A stretch of 64,000 nucleotides of DNA from Haliotis rubra (taxonomy: Eukaryota): positions 1,054,001-1,118,000 of the forward strand of contig NW_025766214.1 in assembly GCF_003918875.1 (NCBI RefSeq). Direction: 5' to 3'. Positions 60,191 through 64,000 of this stretch are shown here, in pieces (position 1 is the first letter of the stretch; each line of letters begins with the position of its first letter). A program made the position numbers and the translations under genes. A model generated the notes under the pieces. It worked only from the letters and a program-made list of their open reading frames with translations. It did not search any database and was not told the origin of the DNA.

Positions 60191-63190
60191 ATTGTGTTTC
60201 AGATATTGTCAAATAATGTAACTAAGCATGAGGTGGATTCTGAAATATGTATAAAAACACATTGAAAAATTGCTGGAGGTCTGAACCATCTGATCACAGA
60301 AACAAGAGCGGTATCGGGTTCATTATCCTTAAAGTGAGAGCCTTTTAGATTTGTCATTCCAGCATGTGTGAAGCATCTACAAATTTCATCAAGGTTCATC
60401 ACAAGTGGGCTGATACTGTAGTGTCAGTGAACAAAGTATGCATTTTTAATATTGTAATTAGGAGTAATTATGCTTTTGAATGATAGCCTAAATGGTACAA
60501 CTGCAATATTTTTGGATTATTCTCATGTGTCAATTATCATCAGCCACAAAATCAACAAAGTCCGGATTGTTATTAAACTGTATAATGCTGAATATGTTCT
60601 GTTCTGCATGTATGGACATTCATAAAAATAGACAAAATACAGTTTTAAACAATATGGGCACCTGTTAAGAAACTTGATTAAAATTTACACCAGATGCATG
60701 TTGACATTTTCCGCACTGCTAATCATACTGTCAATACTGATGTTCAGATTATTTAGTGACAGGCACTTGGACCCAAAACGGAAGTACAGAAGTGAAGTCT
60801 GTATCATCGGACAGTCATGTAAAATGAAAATTGCTACAGCACTAAACACAATAATTTGTACTGGAAGCGCAGAATATTTTTCTCTCTGGGTTGATGTACT
60901 GTCATATTTGGTCTCTGCACAGTCTGGAGAGAAAATGTTTGGCTCAATATTCATTTTAACAAAATCAACATGGCTGATTGTTTCCTCCCTTGCAACCTCG
61001 CTGATGTTACATTCAGCATCACAATCTGTATTCACGAAGCATCCATCAGCATAAAGTGTGTCAGCTGATACAATCCATGGAAAGAAATGGGGATACAGCA
61101 TCTGGTTTTCTCTGTTGCTTCATCAGTGGATTATTACTGTCTGAACTGACACAGGGTAATCTTATCTCATGACTACCAGTTATGAGATAATTTATCATCA
61201 TCAGATTAACGTTACTGCTGTGGAGAGAGACATGCCGATAATGAACATAACCAATGGGGATACCTGACACAAGCCAAACGTGGAAAACGTTTTACTTAAC
61301 AAATGTATAAAATATGGAGAAGCAAAATTTAAATATGCTGACAATTTATTTTATAAAGTCTGAACATACCAAAAGAGAACAAACATTAATCTGTATTCTG
61401 GAATCACCATGGCCCCATGTTCATGGACAACAGGCACTTGTAGGAAGATGTAATATGATGCATTAAAGGGAAAAGTCAATCATGTATTGACATTCTTCAA
61501 TTCAACAATTAATGAAGGGGAACAAGGGTGTAAAATAGTCAAACAAATGACTTAGCAATCGTATATAATGATGGTAACTTGCTTTAGAGTTTCAAGTACA
61601 TTGTTCAGTGTAACTCAGTGTCAGACTGACAAGCATAGTTAAGATGCATGACCAGATGCTGTCATATTGATGAGCTGTATGAGAGAAGACAGGCAGGACA
61701 AATCAACAGGCCATATCAAGTGATATATGCTTTGATACAATATCTTTGAAATAGATTCAGTAGACCAGACTGATATTAAATTCAATAGCTGTGTTTAAGT
61801 AAGGTGGCAAATGTGGAATTGATGTTACCAATCAATAAAGCCTAACAGAAATTGTTTTAATCTTTATTATAGTTCCCTTTTAGCCAGATGAAATCAGTAG
61901 CATTCTGGTGACGCCTTAGGCTGCACCGTTTGTAATGCGAAAAGATTGTGTACTGTAAGGTCTGATGATTTCTACATCGAGAGGTATTGTGGTACCTACC
62001 ATGATTAGTTACAGCAATGAAATGGGTCTGTCAGAAGTGGAAATAGCACACAACCTTGAGACTAGCGAGAGCTGACGGCTACCTCATGTTGCTTTGATTC
62101 ATTTGTCGCTACTTTGAAAAGGAATCAACCATCATTTTAGCAAGATTTGACCTTTTGGACCACCTCCATTGCAGCATCCCGAGACACAGCAACATGGTTC
62201 AGGCTGCGCTTTTAAAATTGACCATGTAAGAAACTTTGAACAGCATTAAAGAAGTGACTTTAGGACCGTAGTGATTGGCAAAGTGATAAAGGGAGATAAC
62301 TGAGGGATTTTCCCCATTGTTCAGTAAACTATTCTTGCAACAGTTTTATTTTTAAGTATGTATGTTATGCTTTAACTATTTAACTAAAGTTTCATCTATC
62401 TTGCTGTGGCACCCCCTTTTCTGTTTTATTCTGTGCTTATAATGAATTAGGTATATATAGTGATCAATGTCTTCAACTGGTACAGAGTTTATCCCATTTC
62501 ACTTATGCCTGAAGCAATTTGCAAGGAAAGAAGTGACTCAATGAGATAGTGTGGTCAGGCTTGGTGACTTGGTTGACCATATCACACCCAACAGCATGGA
62601 CTGTGCTCATTATATCAATCTGTGGTTTGTCTGATATTGACAATCATTTGGAGGCTTTTAAAATATGAAGCTGGAATATTGCAGCCGCAGTCTTAAAACA
62701 GTATTCATTCAGTTTTCTTAGTTCTAGATGAAATAGCTCTATTGCTATTTTGTTTTACAACTTGTACCAACTGTTTGTACTTTTAGAAAGTATTTTCAGC
62801 TCATCATGCTTTAAAGCATTATAAAGCAACAGACCATTCAAAAGCATCTCACCTGTCTAAATTATTAATTGCTTTTTCCATATCAATTTCGTACGTATCT
62901 AATTAACCTGTGCCTATGATCTTAAAGCATAGACTTAGCTTCTTTTGAACTTTGACCTGCAGGTCCAGCAGGTTTAGCAAGATGATTTACTAGTTATATG
63001 CTGACCTTGTTTTCAACTCAGAAATGGATTCCGTGATGTATATACACCTGCTTAAATTTGATATTTGGCCCCAAATCTGCAACAGATGTCAATTAAATTC
63101 CCAGTTTTCAATTAGAAGTTTCTTAATTTATGTAATAACTGTAACGAATTATATTGCTTTGTAGAGGTAACCTGTGTTTTATTTATGAAA

Positions 63191-63341
63191 GGGGCGGTGG
63201 GGTAGCCCAGTGGTTAAAGCGTTTTATGGTTAGTTTTATATAGACCCGGTTCGAATGCAATATGTGAAATACAATTCTGGTGTCCCCACCTTGTTGCTGG
63301 AATATTGCTAAAAGCGGCATAAACCAAACACAGTCAGTCAG
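63191..63341 (+). mobile_element. SINE family A with scrambled interior
   Basis: Head and tail intact; 12-bp TSD TTATTTATGAAA. Confidence 0.82.
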
Positions 63342-64000
63342 TTATTTATGAAAATATAAATAAATAGCACATTTTATGGTTAGTTTTATATTATTGCATT
63401 GAATGCAATATCAGAATACAAATTTAACCTACCTCTGAATCTTTTTAAATAAGTGTAAAGAAGTTTTGAATAAAATGAGAGTTTTGTCCTGAATTGTCTG
63501 CCAGGGTCACTTGTAAAGAATCCCAGACAAATCGTGGAGATTATCGTATTTGCTGTACCAGGTACCCTGCTTCAGTAAGCAGACCTGACCTACCAATCTG
63601 ACCAATACTAATACCTGTGTTTCATAAGACAGTGGTGTATGAAATGCTGTATTGATGATCTACTGCGGTTTATTATAGTGCAAAATATCCACTTGACAAA
63701 CAAGTTAGAAAGTTTATATTTGGTACGTAACATGTGGTTGCAGATTAATTTCCTTCCATCTTTGCCCTAAAAGCTCTGACATTATTTATTTAGTCGAGAG
63801 AACAAAAGTAAACATATATCAGTGTGATATCTATTTCTAGGTTATCATGTGAGAAATCACAAAGGACAATATTGATTACGGTGTTTATAAACTGCTTACC
63901 ATAACAGGAAAATACTGGTCCATTCAGGTTGGCATTTACCATGTTTAAAAACATAATACTGCTTTCGAGTTTTAGTTTCAGACATGACTGTACTAAGTTT

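Noticed and set aside
60674-61270. Overlapping 126-138 aa ORFs on both strands
   Set aside because: No recognisable domain or convincing splice chain; not annotated as CDS without a BLASTX search

Overview
Eukaryotic, AT-rich, repeat-laden animal DNA. The SINE families suggest a mollusc, possibly abalone-like; this is inference only. The left 11 kb holds three single-exon cytochrome P450 genes of the CYP2 clan (two on -, one on +). The leftmost has non-canonical catalytic motifs and a stop codon supplied by a MITE terminus. Most of the window is occupied by a 9-exon CCDC6 orthologue on the minus strand (ATG 54798 to stop 22629, 444 aa, all GT-AG introns in phase), possibly with a ~10 kb 3' UTR converging on the third CYP. 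The introns contain at least three SINE-like families (many with clear TSDs), LINE fragments, Harbinger-, Tc1/mariner- and Academ-like MITEs, and about ten minisatellite arrays. Promoter-like segments at ~57.1 kb and ~60.1 kb point to further, unresolved transcripts. Almost all short ORFs in the supplied track are repeat-derived or antisense shadows. There are no prokaryotic features or CRISPR arrays.
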